Source of the DNA: Octopus sinensis
Taxonomy: Eukaryota
Assembly (NCBI RefSeq): GCF_006345805.1
Contig: NC_043000.1
Location: 84,134,001 to 84,198,000, forward strand
Length of the DNA: 64,000 nucleotides
Reading direction: 5' to 3'
The translations under genes and the position numbers were made by a program. Of the stretch, positions 12,949 through 24,935 are shown piece after piece (within the stretch, counting starts at the first letter, position 1; each line of letters opens with the position of its first letter). The notes beneath the pieces are model-generated. The model was not told the DNA's origin and made no database searches. It saw only the letters and a program-made list of their open reading frames with translations.

Positions 12949-13323
12949 CGTGCGCGTGAATGTATATAAGTGAAGTTGCTGCTAGTTGGTTTTGAAGTCT
13001 CTTTTGAACAGTCAGATGTCAGATTACCTGGAAAGAAGCAATGCAATTATTAAAAAGAAGGGTTGAAATTAATATTTGCAAGATTTGCAAGATTTTACAG
13101 CTTTACCATCACTCATTCATTGTCAACCTATAAACTTTTGAATCCGCCCTCCCATATATGTATATATAGTATACTGTTCCATGACAGTAATATCAGCAAA
13201 AAAAGTACGCCATCTAATGAGATATAAATATACCATATATTTTTATACGATACTGATAGTCTCGTGCGATGAAACGACTCAGACAGCATGCTATCCGATT
13301 TGTTTTCATTACATAGTGTGTTC

Positions 13324-13392
<69 letters not shown>

Positions 13393-13604
13393 GCTATGAA
13401 AATGACCGTTAAATAAGGAAAATAAAAGCGAAGGGGAGGAAGTAAAAAGTAAGAATGTTCATAGCAATCCGTATGCGCGCATGTACATGCATACACATAC
13501 CCGCACGCACACCCACGTACATGTTCCTATATGCATATGCTCACTCAGACTGGCATGAAACACATACATACGCCACACAGATGCACATATATATATATAT
13601 ATAT

Positions 13605-13907
13605 ATATCTATATTGTATAGAGGGCATTATTACACATAAATGCCTCACACTAGGAGGGACAAAGTCATTACTACCAAAATTATACTAATCATACCCAAA
13701 TGCAGTTTTTCAAAGCAAGACATTTAAAAAATGAATTTAGTTCTGTATCACCGTGATTTCACATTCAACTTACGTCTAATGATCGTCAGCAGAACTGATT
13801 CTGAACACATCATAAATAAACTACCAACCTTACGTAGCGAAGACGAACAGACAACTGCTCACTCCGGCCAAGCACATGGAATGTTTATAAATCATATATC
13901 CGGTAAA
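13605..13907 (-). mobile_element. Inverted partial copy of the ~478-bp hammerhead unit
   Basis: Near-exact reverse complement of part of the array at 13908-15073; contains a whole HHR. Confidence 0.95.
13739..13796 (-). ncRNA. Type I hammerhead ribozyme, inverted copy
   Basis: Reverse complement of the 14756-14813 motif. Confidence 0.8.
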
Positions 13908-14278
13908 GTATAATTTTGGTAGTAATGACTTTGTCCCTCCTAGTGTGAGGCATTTATGTGTAATAATGCCCTCTATACAATATAGATATAATTAATTTGT
14001 TCAAAAGAAAAAAAAATTATTTTCGAATTCTTTTCTTTTATGAGGTTTTCACGCTAGCTACCCGATAATTTCTTGTTAAGATCCCTTATAAAGAGATTAT
14101 CCTTAATTGTTAAACTTATTCCGAAATACTTTTCATTACCCGACATGCAGTTCGTAAAAAGCCCGCCATTTACCGGATATATGATTTATAAACATTCCAT
14201 GTGCTTGGCCGGAGTGAGCAGTTGTCTGTTCGTCTTCGCTACGTAAGGTTGTAGTTTATTTATGATGTGTTCAGAATC

Positions 14279-14335
14279 AGTTCTGCTGACGATCATTAGA
14301 CGTAAGTGAATGTGAAATCACGGTGATACAGAACT
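14279..14335 (+). ncRNA. Type I hammerhead ribozyme, unit 1
   Basis: Stem I AGTTCTG/CAGAACT, core CTGACGA, stem II (U.U)CATT/AATG, GAAA, stem III ATCAC-G-GTGAT, AUA triplet; predicted cut 14328/14329. Confidence 0.8.
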
Positions 14336-14755
14336 AAATTCATTTTTTAAATGTCTTGCTTTGAAAAACTGCATTTGGGTATGATTAGTATAATTTTGGT
14401 AGTAATGACTTTGTCCCTCCTAGTGTGAGGCATTATGTGTAATAATGCCCTCTATACAATATAGATATAATTAATTTGTTCAAAAGAAAAAAATTATTTT
14501 CGAATTCTTTTCTTTTATGAGGTTTTCACGCTAGCTACCCGATAATTCTTGTTAAGATCCCTTATTAAGAGATTATCCTTAATTGTTAAACTTATTCCGA
14601 AATACTTTTCATTACCCGACATGCAGTTCGTAAAAAGCCCGCCATTTACCGGATATATGATTTATAAACATTCCATGTGCTTGGCCGGAGTGAGCAGTTG
14701 TCTGTTCGTCTTCGCTACGTAAGGTTGGTAGTTTATTTATGATGTGTTCAGAATC

Positions 14756-14813
14756 AGTTCTGCTGACGATCATTAGACGTAAGTTGAATGTGAAATCACG
14801 GTGATACAGAACT
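14756..14813 (+). ncRNA. Type I hammerhead ribozyme, unit 2
   Basis: Same fold as unit 1; predicted cut 14806/14807, 478 nt downstream of the first site. Confidence 0.8.
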
Positions 14814-15073
14814 AAATTCATTTTTTAAATGTCTTGCTTTGAAAAACTGCATTTGGGTATGATTAGTATAATTTTGGTAGTAATGACTTTGTCCCTCCTA
14901 GTGTGAGGCATTTATGTGAATAATGCCCTCTATACAATATAGATATATTAATTTGTTCAAAAGAAAAAAATTATTTTCGAATTCTTTTCTTTTATGAGGT
15001 TTTCACGCTAGCTACCCGATAATTTCTTGTTAAGATCCCTTATTAAGAGATTATCCTTAATTGTTAAACTTAT

Positions 15074-15119
<46 letters not shown>

Positions 15120-15561
15120 GCAACCATGCATGTTCACGTATACATATCCACACCCGCGCGCGCGCACCCACACATACGTGTACTTACTCATACGCGCACA
15201 GTTATATTCGAATACACGTCTAAAAATACACACATGCTATATGTATACGTGTACATGCATGGTTGCATATATATGTGCATCTATTTGGCGTATGTGCGGG
15301 TGCGTATGTATGTGTTTCATGCGAGTGAGTGAGCATATGCATATAGGCACATGTACGTGAGTGTGCGTGCGCGCATGTGTATGTATGTACATGCGCGCAT
15401 ACGGAATTGCTATGAACATTTTTACTCCTTTACATTTTACTTTCTCCCCTTCGGTTTTTTTCCTCATTTAACAGTCATTCTAATAGCTCTTTTGTCTTAA
15501 TAACGGTCATTTACATAGTAATTTCCCTTTGTTTAACGGTCATTTTCATAGCATATTTTAA

Positions 15562-15730
15562 TTGCCTCGGTAACAGAAGAGATGTCGGTGCAGATTTCTG
15601 CCCCGACATCCAAAACTCGGAGTTTTATTATGGCAACCGGATAATTGTCATATATTATATTACAGATAAATTCCTCTGTTTACATAATATCGAGGTCTAT
15701 TTCATTCTTTTGTTGTCTTACCATTACTAT
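15562..15730 (+). mobile_element. Short hammerhead-bearing repeat (PLE terminal-repeat-like), decayed
   Basis: GGTAA CAGAAGA GATGTCGG[..]CCGACATC C AAAAC TC G GAGT T TTATT at 15569-15629; reverse-complement relative at 46814-46975. Confidence 0.7.
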
Positions 15731-15772
15731 TAATATATATATATATATATATATATACAGAGAGAGAGACAA

Positions 15773-15805
<33 letters not shown>

Positions 15806-15816
15806 TAGATAGATAA

Positions 15817-15861
<45 letters not shown>

Positions 15862-16648
15862 GGTTTTCCGATACAAAAAGAAAAAGTAAGACTCAAAATA
15901 TGAATATATATGTGTGTGTATGTGTGTGTGTTTAGCAGGACCGAGTGTTTCGTGCGTTAGCACTTACCAAACTAGTTACAGATTGAGGAGCTGTGAATGT
16001 ATATACCTGTGATAATAGTATTTCCCTGGATAGATCTGGAACAAATTACAAAAACAATTAGAATATCACGTGGATAATTTATATGCTTCAAATAGTGTGC
16101 CCGTTTTGCAGCTCAACACGTAGAAACTAAATATAAAAACAAATAAGGAAAATTTGTGCGCACTGATACGCAGATAAAAGCGAGTGCTATATTTATCTAT
16201 ATATTTATTAAACAGTATAGCAGGCAAACTATTTGAAAAACACTTCTTATGTCCATCTCATATGTTCCTGCCTTTAGACTTTCACTTCATACTCGCCAGC
16301 TCAATTTGATTCGTTCTGAGTCGAAAGACGCCTGATCTTATTTCTTGTTGTTTGTATTCGTAATTGTGTACCATGCACTCCATTTTTTTTTGTTTGCTTG
16401 TTTTTTGTGTCTTTGTTGCCGTACACATTCGTTAGCTTTCTTACAAAGCGGTCTACTGCTCTTAGCTTAGACCTAATGTGTAACTGTCCGAAATGGTCGT
16501 AACTTCTGGTACTTGACTGAGGAAACAAAGCCACAAATGACTCGTCATTTTTTTTTTGCCTGTCCTTCTAAGTGTTGTTTCTCTTGTCCACCTTTGTATC
16601 GTCTATCTGTCCGAATGTTTTTATTGTCTTCTCTTCCGTTTTCGTTCC

Positions 16649-16680
<32 letters not shown>

Positions 16681-16683
<3 letters not shown>

Positions 16684-17365
16684 AAAGTATAGAAGCCATC
16701 TTATCATGGCTAACCACATTGGGGAGGGGGTGTTACTGTAGCTTTATAACCCCAAGAGATCTTCGTCTCTAGCTGGCTTTAGACACAATATCAGTGTCCT
16801 TGGAGTATTTGCAAAGGGAGGCCATCCCTTCCTCGCAAGCCTGAGTGATACGCTCGAACTAGTTTCAGGATTGTTGTCCCTAGTCAACGGGCGGTAACCA
16901 CCAGGTCGCGATGAAAGTGAAGGCCTCTTTGCAAACATAAGATGGCTTCTATACTTTACATTATCGAGCGATTACTGTTTCAATCTCATTCTGAGATTTA
17001 ATTATGCTTACTGTTCGTTTTTCGACATCAGTGGCAGACGCCATTAGAAAAACTTATATATGTTTTCAAAGAGGCCTTCACTTTCATCGCGACCTGGTGG
17101 TTACCGCCCGTTGACGAGGGACAACAATCCCGAAACTAGTTCGAGCGTATCACTCAGGCTTGCGAGGAAGAGATGGCCTCCCTTTGCAAATACTCCAAGG
17201 ACACTGATATTGTGTCTAAAGCCAGCTAGAGACGAAGATCTCTTGGGGCTATAAAGCTACAGTAACACCCCCTCCCCAATGTGGTTAGCCATGATAAGAT
17301 GGCTTCTATACTTTACATTATCGAGCGATTACTGTTTCAATCTCATTTTGAGATTTAATTATGCT
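16681..17365 (+). mobile_element. Hammerhead-bearing non-coding element with inverted 5' copy and duplicated tail
   Basis: 16681-16939 is the reverse complement of most of 17058-17320; 16937-17008 directly repeats 17294-17365; flanked by (TA)n. Confidence 0.9.
17106..17146 (+). ncRNA. Minimal hammerhead motif (U3 variant)
   Basis: GCCCG TTGACGA GGGA-CAACAA-TCCC GAAAC TAGT T CGAGC; palindromic ACTAGT helix III. More decayed mirror copy at 16852-16892 on the minus strand. Confidence 0.7.
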
Positions 17366-17373
17366 ATATATAT

Positions 17374-17404
<31 letters not shown>

Positions 17405-17409
17405 GTATG

Positions 17410-17466
<57 letters not shown>

Positions 17467-17554
17467 GTATACATACATACATAAATACATACATACACAT
17501 ACATACATATACATACATATACAAACGTCATCATCATCATCATCATTGTTGTTG

Positions 17555-18300
17555 TTCTTATAAAGCCGTCCGATGGGCCCGAACGGTGGAGACACGACTT
17601 GGAAACAAAATCATGATCAGTTCTTTGACCGATTGGGATGGGCGCGTGCTACTCGGACGGGAACAGATGTATGCGGCTTTACAGCAACACTTCGCGGGAC
17701 TGTTTGGAGACAGCGATGGGTCAACGACTTTATTTCGTACCTGGACGACTTGCCACAGCTCTCAGCAGTGGATGCGAGGATATGTGATAAGACAATAACT
17801 GTCGCTGAAATTTTGGAGGTGATGAGCGATTGCACAAGTCGCAAATCGCCCGGTTTGGATGTCTGCCCGATGAATTCTATGAGTTTATGCCAGATTTGTT
17901 TTGCGGCCTCTTGGCAGATGTCTACAGTAACTGGCAGCAGAACGTAACGGGAAAATTTCTAGTGCTCTTAGCCGGCATATGGTAACGCTGTTGAGAAAGG
18001 ACGCAGACGATAAGGACATGCTAGGAAATTTTCTGCCCATAACTCTGCTACACATGGAGCTTATGATGTTGGTCAAGGTGCTAGCGAAAAGGTTGGCGCT
18101 TGTCGTCGGCAGTCTGGTAGGAGAAATGCAAATATATGCAATCCCGACAATCTCCACCTTATGCGATACATCATAAAGAGGGCTGAAACCAAATCTGGTT
18201 TCGGTGGAGCTCTGATGATAGCTTTTTGGAAAGGCAAGGCCAAGCTTTGTGTGACAGTTGCTTGCATAGGAGGTAGCAGCTAGCAGGATTATGTACATGC
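17555..18300 (+). mobile_element. L1/Tx1-like LINE reverse-transcriptase fragment
   Basis: [53 protein letters not shown]; frameshifted. Confidence 0.85.
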
Positions 18301-19407
18301 ATCAGCTGTTGAATCTGTTATTGGATATGGCTGAGTATACCAACAAAATTGTCTGATGAAGTTCTGTCTTGCCACTCATTACCATCGGTGTTAGAATTCT
18401 AAGCGGGCCAAGTGTGTTTGGTTATGATGACTATAGAGTCTTGCGATGCAACCATTGCCAAGATGAGCCTTCTAATTAGTTTTGGGCGCAAGCAGACGGC
18501 AGATGAAGCCGTAGTCAAAGCTTCTGCTCATGCGTATCTATGTACGGTTTCTTTATCTATGAGAAACAAATGGGATGAAACTTGCAAGAGAAGAGGCTAA
18601 AAACAAAACAGCAGATAAAAGGTACGAGAAGGACACAGTCAACGAAATAAATGGAGAGAGAAACAAGTGGAGTGTAAGGGAAAAGCATAGTTAATCAATG
18701 ATAGAGAGAAAGAAAAGAAGAGAAACTAACATCAAGAGAGATGGAGTTATAGTTCTTGTTATAAAAATAAATAAAAAAAAGAATGATTTTCACGTATGCA
18801 CTTTTTACAATTTTCGAACGTCTTTAGTGAATTGGTAAAAGTAAATCGAAATCTCATTAAAATGAGAATAAGAGTAGCAGCAATACCAGCAACAGAGGCA
18901 AAAACAACAATAACAACGACACAAAGGTCGACAGCGACACAAATATAATTTGTTCATATACCTTGCTTGATTTGAATTTATAATAAGTGATGGTAGTAAT
19001 TTCATTTTAATCAATAAAACTGTTTATGAGACAGAAAACTCGATTAGTAGCCGTTATATACGCACTAATAATTATTTTCGATTTACAAGAAAATGTGTCG
19101 GCTTTGCTGAGAGATTTATTGAAGGAATGAGTATACAATAATAAAGTCAGCTATTACCGAACCTGTCATGGCTTATATGGAAAATGAGATGATGTGATAT
19201 TTGCTTTGCTGAGAGTATAATATCTTGGCACGAAATTATCTGATGGATTGTCCAGCCTTTAAGCACACACACACACACACGAAAACAAATACAACCGGTG
19301 TCACGCCAATTCTGTATAAGGCTTTTGTTAAAGGGCCATATATCTCTGGATTACTCAAACTATTAGACACTAATTCACGGACCAGGTAATTAAGCTATAC
19401 TGAAATC

Positions 19408-19457
<50 letters not shown>

Positions 19458-19543
19458 GAGTCAATTCAAATAAACGAACAATAAAATTAACAATAACAGA
19501 AAACAAAAGAATGTGCACAAGGGATGAATTAGTTTGACGCTCA

Positions 19544-19584
<41 letters not shown>

Positions 19585-19640
19585 CTACATAAATAACGCA
19601 TACACATATATAGATATGTATTCATGTATGTATATATGTC

Positions 19641-22600
19641 ATTATTCCGTTTTATTTGAAGATTTCTAGCCAATAGAAAAAGAGCCGGTTTCTAACCTAA
19701 ATCCAAGGCTCTTTTATTTGAATTTCAACATCAACAACAAGGTATTTTTGTATGTATGTATGTGCAAATATGTATGTTTTTCTTTGTGTATGTATTCTCA
19801 TGCATATAGTTGCATATCTAGACATGCTCAGATAAATTTAAATGATGAACTTCTGGAAAGTTTTACAGATTTTTGCAACTCTAGTGATGGATTGGATCTG
19901 TAGTCTTCGAATTAGCTTTCTCCTTTCTGGTTTTGAGAAACCTAATTTCTCAAGATTGGTCTTTAGGCAGTGTGTTACATATCCCAGTGCCCCAATAATT
20001 ACAGGTATAAACCCGAACTTATAATCTGGATTGAGTAACTGTAGATTTCTCTATAGTTCAACATAGGTGTTCTCTTTTTCAATAATCTTCAGTTTTATGT
20101 TAATATCCGCAGGGCAAATAATTTACTGGGACATTACACCAGTACTCCTTTTATTATGAGTGGCTATGGCTTCTCCCATACTGTGGCTTCTTATTTCTTC
20201 GTCCTCGGAGTTATCCTTCAGATGGATTCCATTATATAGTGTCCTGCAGATTTCTCAACAGTTCAGCGTAAGTTTTCTCTTTTTCACTGATCTTCAGTTT
20301 TATGTTAACATATGCTGGGCAGCTAATTTCTACAACTGTACGCAGTTACTCTTCCTTTCCCAAATCATTATATCAGATCTGTTCTGGTTACATTTTATTG
20401 ATGTCCTCGCTGGGACATTCCACCAGTATTCCTTTTTATTATGAGTGGCTATGGTTTCTACCATACTGTGAGTTCTTATTTCTTTGTCCTTGGAGTTATC
20501 CTTCCGACGAATTTCATTAAAGAGTGTCCTAGCAACATCATGTATTATGGGTAGATAATATATCGGAGAACTGCTTATGATGTGGGTGATCTCTTCGGTT
20601 TTAACTCCACAATTCTGCTTCGGTTGTCAAATTTTCCTGCTTTTCCTGCATCTCTATCCGTTTTGTACATCTGGCACTTGGTTGATATTTCCTGTTCCTG
20701 GATTGCAAACGCATACCCTTCAAAGTGGGAGGTAGTAATTTGGTTATTGGTCCATGATAAACTGATTTCATGATCGATGTTACTATCATCTTGGAGATTT
20801 CAACTAACATAACCTTGCATAGTCTTCTGTTCATATAGGCTCATCCTTTCATCTGATGTAACATTGTGGTGGAGTCGCCCAAGGTGCTGCCTTCTAAGTC
20901 TTGTGATGTTATCAGCCTCATGTCTGTAAACTTGATCAAGGGATGGACTTCGACACTTGGTAATTAAAAGATGTTGCCAAAAGAATATGATACGATATCC
21001 AAAGGCACTGTGGATCGATGTTAAACCTCTGCCGCCTTGTTTTCGTTTTAGGTAGTGACGGTCTACGTCACTGTTTAAGTGGAAGCTTTGTGTCCTTGCT
21101 AGTATTTTTCGGGTTTTCACATCAATCGTCCAATCAAGCAGCCCTAATGTTTGTATGAGTACTGGCATCGAAAACACATTGACGGACGGTTTTATTGAAT
21201 GAAGAGAGCTCTAAGGTCCAAATTTTCTTTGTTCGGCTGTAATATTCTTTAGTGACACATGTTTTGTTACGGGTGCCATTGTAAGATATGTTTTCATCCA
21301 TCCCTAGATACTTGTAACATTTCTCGTCAACTGTAGGAGAAACAGTCAAATCATTGATGGAGATGTTACTAGTCTGGTTTGTAGCTTTCCCCCCTTTCAC
21401 AACCCTATAACAACATTTATCCTGACTAAACTCTAACCCTACATCCTTTGAGAATGTTGTAACTAGGCCAAGGCTCTTTTTCATCTCATGCATATTCTTT
21501 GCATAAAGTTTTAAGACATCCACAAAGAAACAGTGTGAAACTTTGGTATTTCTGTTTCCTTGTGAACCAGTGAGATACTCTTCAGACTTCCTTAACATGA
21601 ATGACAAGGGGTTTACAGAAAGTATAAACATGACAGAGAGGCTGTACCTTTGAATATGCCTTTGCGATACTGTATTCTATCAGTGATAATACAGTCACTC
21701 TTTGTGCTTGATTTCAAGATGGTGACCCACGATGAAGTCAGATCAGCTATGGCTTTGACTATGCTCACTGGAACTTTAGTAAGTTGAAGGGCTTCTAGAG
21801 TCTATGAATGGGGAACAGAGTCAAATGCTTTCTTGTAGTCTAGCCACATTGAAATTAGGTTTTTCCTATGCTCTCACACCTCTGACATCACAGTTTTGTT
21901 GATTAACAATTGCTCGGCACATCCCCAGACTCCCTTCTTCCCAGCTGCTTGTTCTGCTGTGATAATGTTATTGGTTTCACAATGGTCTTGGAGGAATAGC
22001 TTTAAACACGCTGTATATATCTTATGCATTAAGTTGGGGATCAATTTTGTCTTTGCCAGAGCAACCTGTTGTTGGTACAGATTAATAAGATATGCTCGGT
22101 AGAATGTTAACTTCTTGTGCCAATATCCAACAATGAAGTCTCTTCCAAATGCTTTTCCATCATGTTGCAAGAGGTTGTATTTCTTGGATGTAACGCAGGA
22201 GCAATAACTTCTTCGGATTTTCTCCATCCACAGAGCATCTTGGTTAAACTCCTTCTCTTCACTCCAAATTTTCCTCCAGAAGGAGTCTATGTCTTCTCGT
22301 GAAGGAGCCTCCGTGATATTCACTGCTCCCCTTCTCATGGCTCTGTATACTGCTGCCTGGTTGCGGTTAAATTTTTTTATTTATTGTTCTTCTCTCGGTT
22401 ATTCTTTTCTGATGTCGAAGTTTTTCACTGACAGCTCTTAGCTCCTGTTTGAAGGTAATCACTTTGCAAGTGAGTGTCCTCTTTTTGCTGTCTCCAAACA
22501 TCATTTCTATCTTCTTCTTTACTTTTAGTTGTAGGAAGTAAAGTGATTTACTTGTTTGCATGCAATAAGCATCGTTACATGACTGATGGTCTTCCGTAAA

Positions 22601-23605
22601 CCAGTTATCTTTTTCTCTGTCTTCAAAACCCATGAGGGTACTTTCTTTCTCGTTTCGGTTTTGTTTACTTTTTTAATGCCATTCATGTACTGTTTTGCAG
22701 TAGTAGCCAGAGCATATAGACAGGCGCTAATCTGCTAGTATGTGATTTCATCACACAGTTGTAAATACCAATTTCGTTAACAGCTTTCAGTATCTTTCCC
22801 CGAGAGAGTACTTCAAAGCCAAAGTTATTTTTTCTCGAAAAATTTCAGTGCGGGCACATTTCACCTGACTACCACTACTACTACAATAATCGTTGCAGTT
22901 GTGCTTGCTATTTATTACAGTCGTAGTAGGGGGACAGTGGTCAGTTACTTAAGCCAGTTATGTAGTTTGGCTGGCAGGCACTATGGAATATGCGACACCG
23001 CGTGGTGGTTTTATATCATTCATGTTTTCGTTATTGTTTATAGAGTTGGGAAGAAGGTTAATTTTAGATTTTTAAATAAAGTTACAGTTACCTTCTTCCT
23101 ATGTTCTACAAATGCTGCTTGTTGGCGTAGTTGCTTCGCAGTAAAATTATTTAATTCTGGATGCAGAACTTCCCAATATGATTTCAGTCGATTCAAATAG
23201 CTAGCAGCGGGGTTCTGTCTCGCTTTTTTGTAGCAGTTAAAGAGATCAGCATTCAAATCATAACTCCAAGAGAAATGAGTTTTGTAATTATAATTTCTTC
23301 TATAACTACAGCTAGAAAGAATTTGTTTACCTGTTGAGCTGTTGTTTTCGTTCTGTTTCTTGGTTGTGTTGTTGTTGATGTTGCGTCCAGCCATGTTGTT
23401 TGTAGTAACTCACTGCATGCTAAATTCAAGTTTTAGTCGAAAATCACTACGATCGTGAATAAAAGACTCCCTCAGTTAATTCATCTGAATATTAGCCAGT
23501 TACTTAACAAGGCTGATAGTTGTGACTCCAAAGTTGGAGATAATATTCATCGTATTTTCGATAAATAGTCTCCCACGCCAAATATGTGATTTGTCGCTTC
23601 GAGTT
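19641..23605 (-). mobile_element. R4/Dong-like non-LTR retrotransposon, near full length, decayed
   Basis: N-terminal W..DLN..LFNCY...YLNRLKSYWEVLHP; RT motifs EQAAGKKGVWGCAEQLLINK, LDYKKAFDSVPHS, FFVDVLKLYA, YKYLG; AIQEQEI region; C-terminal PVIIGALG...KICKTFQKFII* with stop at 19838-19840; 3' UTR to ~19641. The 5' boundary is uncertain. Confidence 0.85.
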
Positions 23606-24584
23606 CGTATGTATGTATGTATGTATGTATGTATGTATTATGTATGTATGTATGTATGTATGTATGTATTATGTAAATATATATGTATATATGTATGTAT
23701 GTATTATGTATGTATGTATGTACGTACGCACGCACTTCACACCTGACGGTGTCATATGAAAATCGTTGAGTTTTGGACATTTTTAGACCAGGCGGAATAC
23801 ATTCCTCTTCAAGCCTGACCATAGCCGATTTTTCCCCAAAAGAGATTAAGACAGACAGAATGAAAGAGAAGAATCGATCCTAGTAGAAAACATGGTACTT
23901 TGTTTATCTACTTTGAAACGGTGAAGTTTCAAAAGAGAGGGGACAAATACCGCAAGACAATCTATTCGATACTAACGACACTACGAATTCGCTTTCTATA
24001 CATACATACATGCATACATACATACATACATACATACATACATACATACATACATACATACATACATACATACATACGTACGTACATAATGCATACATTT
24101 ATACAAATACTCAGCACCGTCTCCTCCCCCATACGTATTGTTGTTGTCAACCTCATTTTGAATATTACACATATACAGTTTTTCTAAACATTGATTCATT
24201 ATGCAGAATTATAAATGAAATCGTTTCTGTTCTACCTTTTTCACTTATCTCCATTATATTTCCCGAGTATCGTAATGGTTTTCGTGTGACTGCATACAGT
24301 AAGTTATAAATGGATTCTCAACGGAAGTGCTATCACTTCTACACAACTATATACGTACTTGTACCATAATGGAGTACATTTTTCAAGGCATCTTTCTTTC
24401 AGCCGAGAGAAAGCTTCGTACTTTAGGAATAGCAAAAATATCTTCTTTCTTGGGTCTATTCATACTATCTTCGTAGTGTGAATCTTGCTAAAAGGATGGG
24501 GTTTACTTAGTAGACTTATAGCCGATAGCTTTTATTGGTATGTGTATCCGTTAGAAAAATCTTTATATAGCGTTTATCTTTTAT

Positions 24585-24935
24585 TTGTTGCAGTCATTGG
24601 ACTGCAGCCATGTTGGAGCACCGCCTTCAAAAAAAGTCGAATAAATCGACCCTGGTACTTATTTTGTGTCTGGTACTTATTCAGTCGATTTCTTTTTTCT
24701 GCTTAGTTACAGAGACATAACAGACCAACACCAGATGTCAAGAGGTGTGGGGAACAAGCACAGTCACACACATATACATTTATATATATAAACTACGGCC
24801 TTCTACACAGTTTTCGCTTTACCAAATTCTCGCACACGGCATTGGTCTGTCTGGGCTATAGCAGAAACCACTCTTCCAAGATGCTGTGCAGTTGGACTGA
24901 ACCCGAAATTACGTGGTTGCAAAGGGAGTTTCCCG
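24585..24935 (-). mobile_element. tRNA-derived SINE of a third family, decayed
   Basis: Reverse complement matches the 34470-34872 copy (GGTGCTCCAACATGGCTGCAGTC tail; ACCACGTAATTTCGGGTTCAGTCC head). Confidence 0.8.

Larger units (their letters stand above)
13908..15073 (+). mobile_element. Tandem array (~2.4 units of 478-480 bp) of a hammerhead-containing unit; candidate retrozyme
   Basis: GTATAATTTTGGTAGTAATGAC recurs at 13908, 14388 and 14866; one HHR per full unit; no ORF. Confidence 0.85.
13393..15552. mobile_element. Foldback/MITE-like element carrying the retrozyme array in its left arm
   Basis: Perfect 21-bp TIR GCTATGAAAATGACCGTTAAA (13393-13413) / 15532-15552. Diverged inverted arms ~13393-13600 vs 15270-15480; inner 32-bp inverted pair 15116-15147 / 15239-15270 with one mismatch. 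Confidence 0.8.

Noticed and set aside
23400-23850. HDV-like or hammerhead ribozyme at the LINE 5' end
   Set aside because: R2-group elements can carry 5' HDV-like ribozymes, but I could not assemble the nested double pseudoknot by eye, and TGAAGA-GGAAT/ATTCC near 23790 lacks GAAA. An RNAmotif search would be needed.
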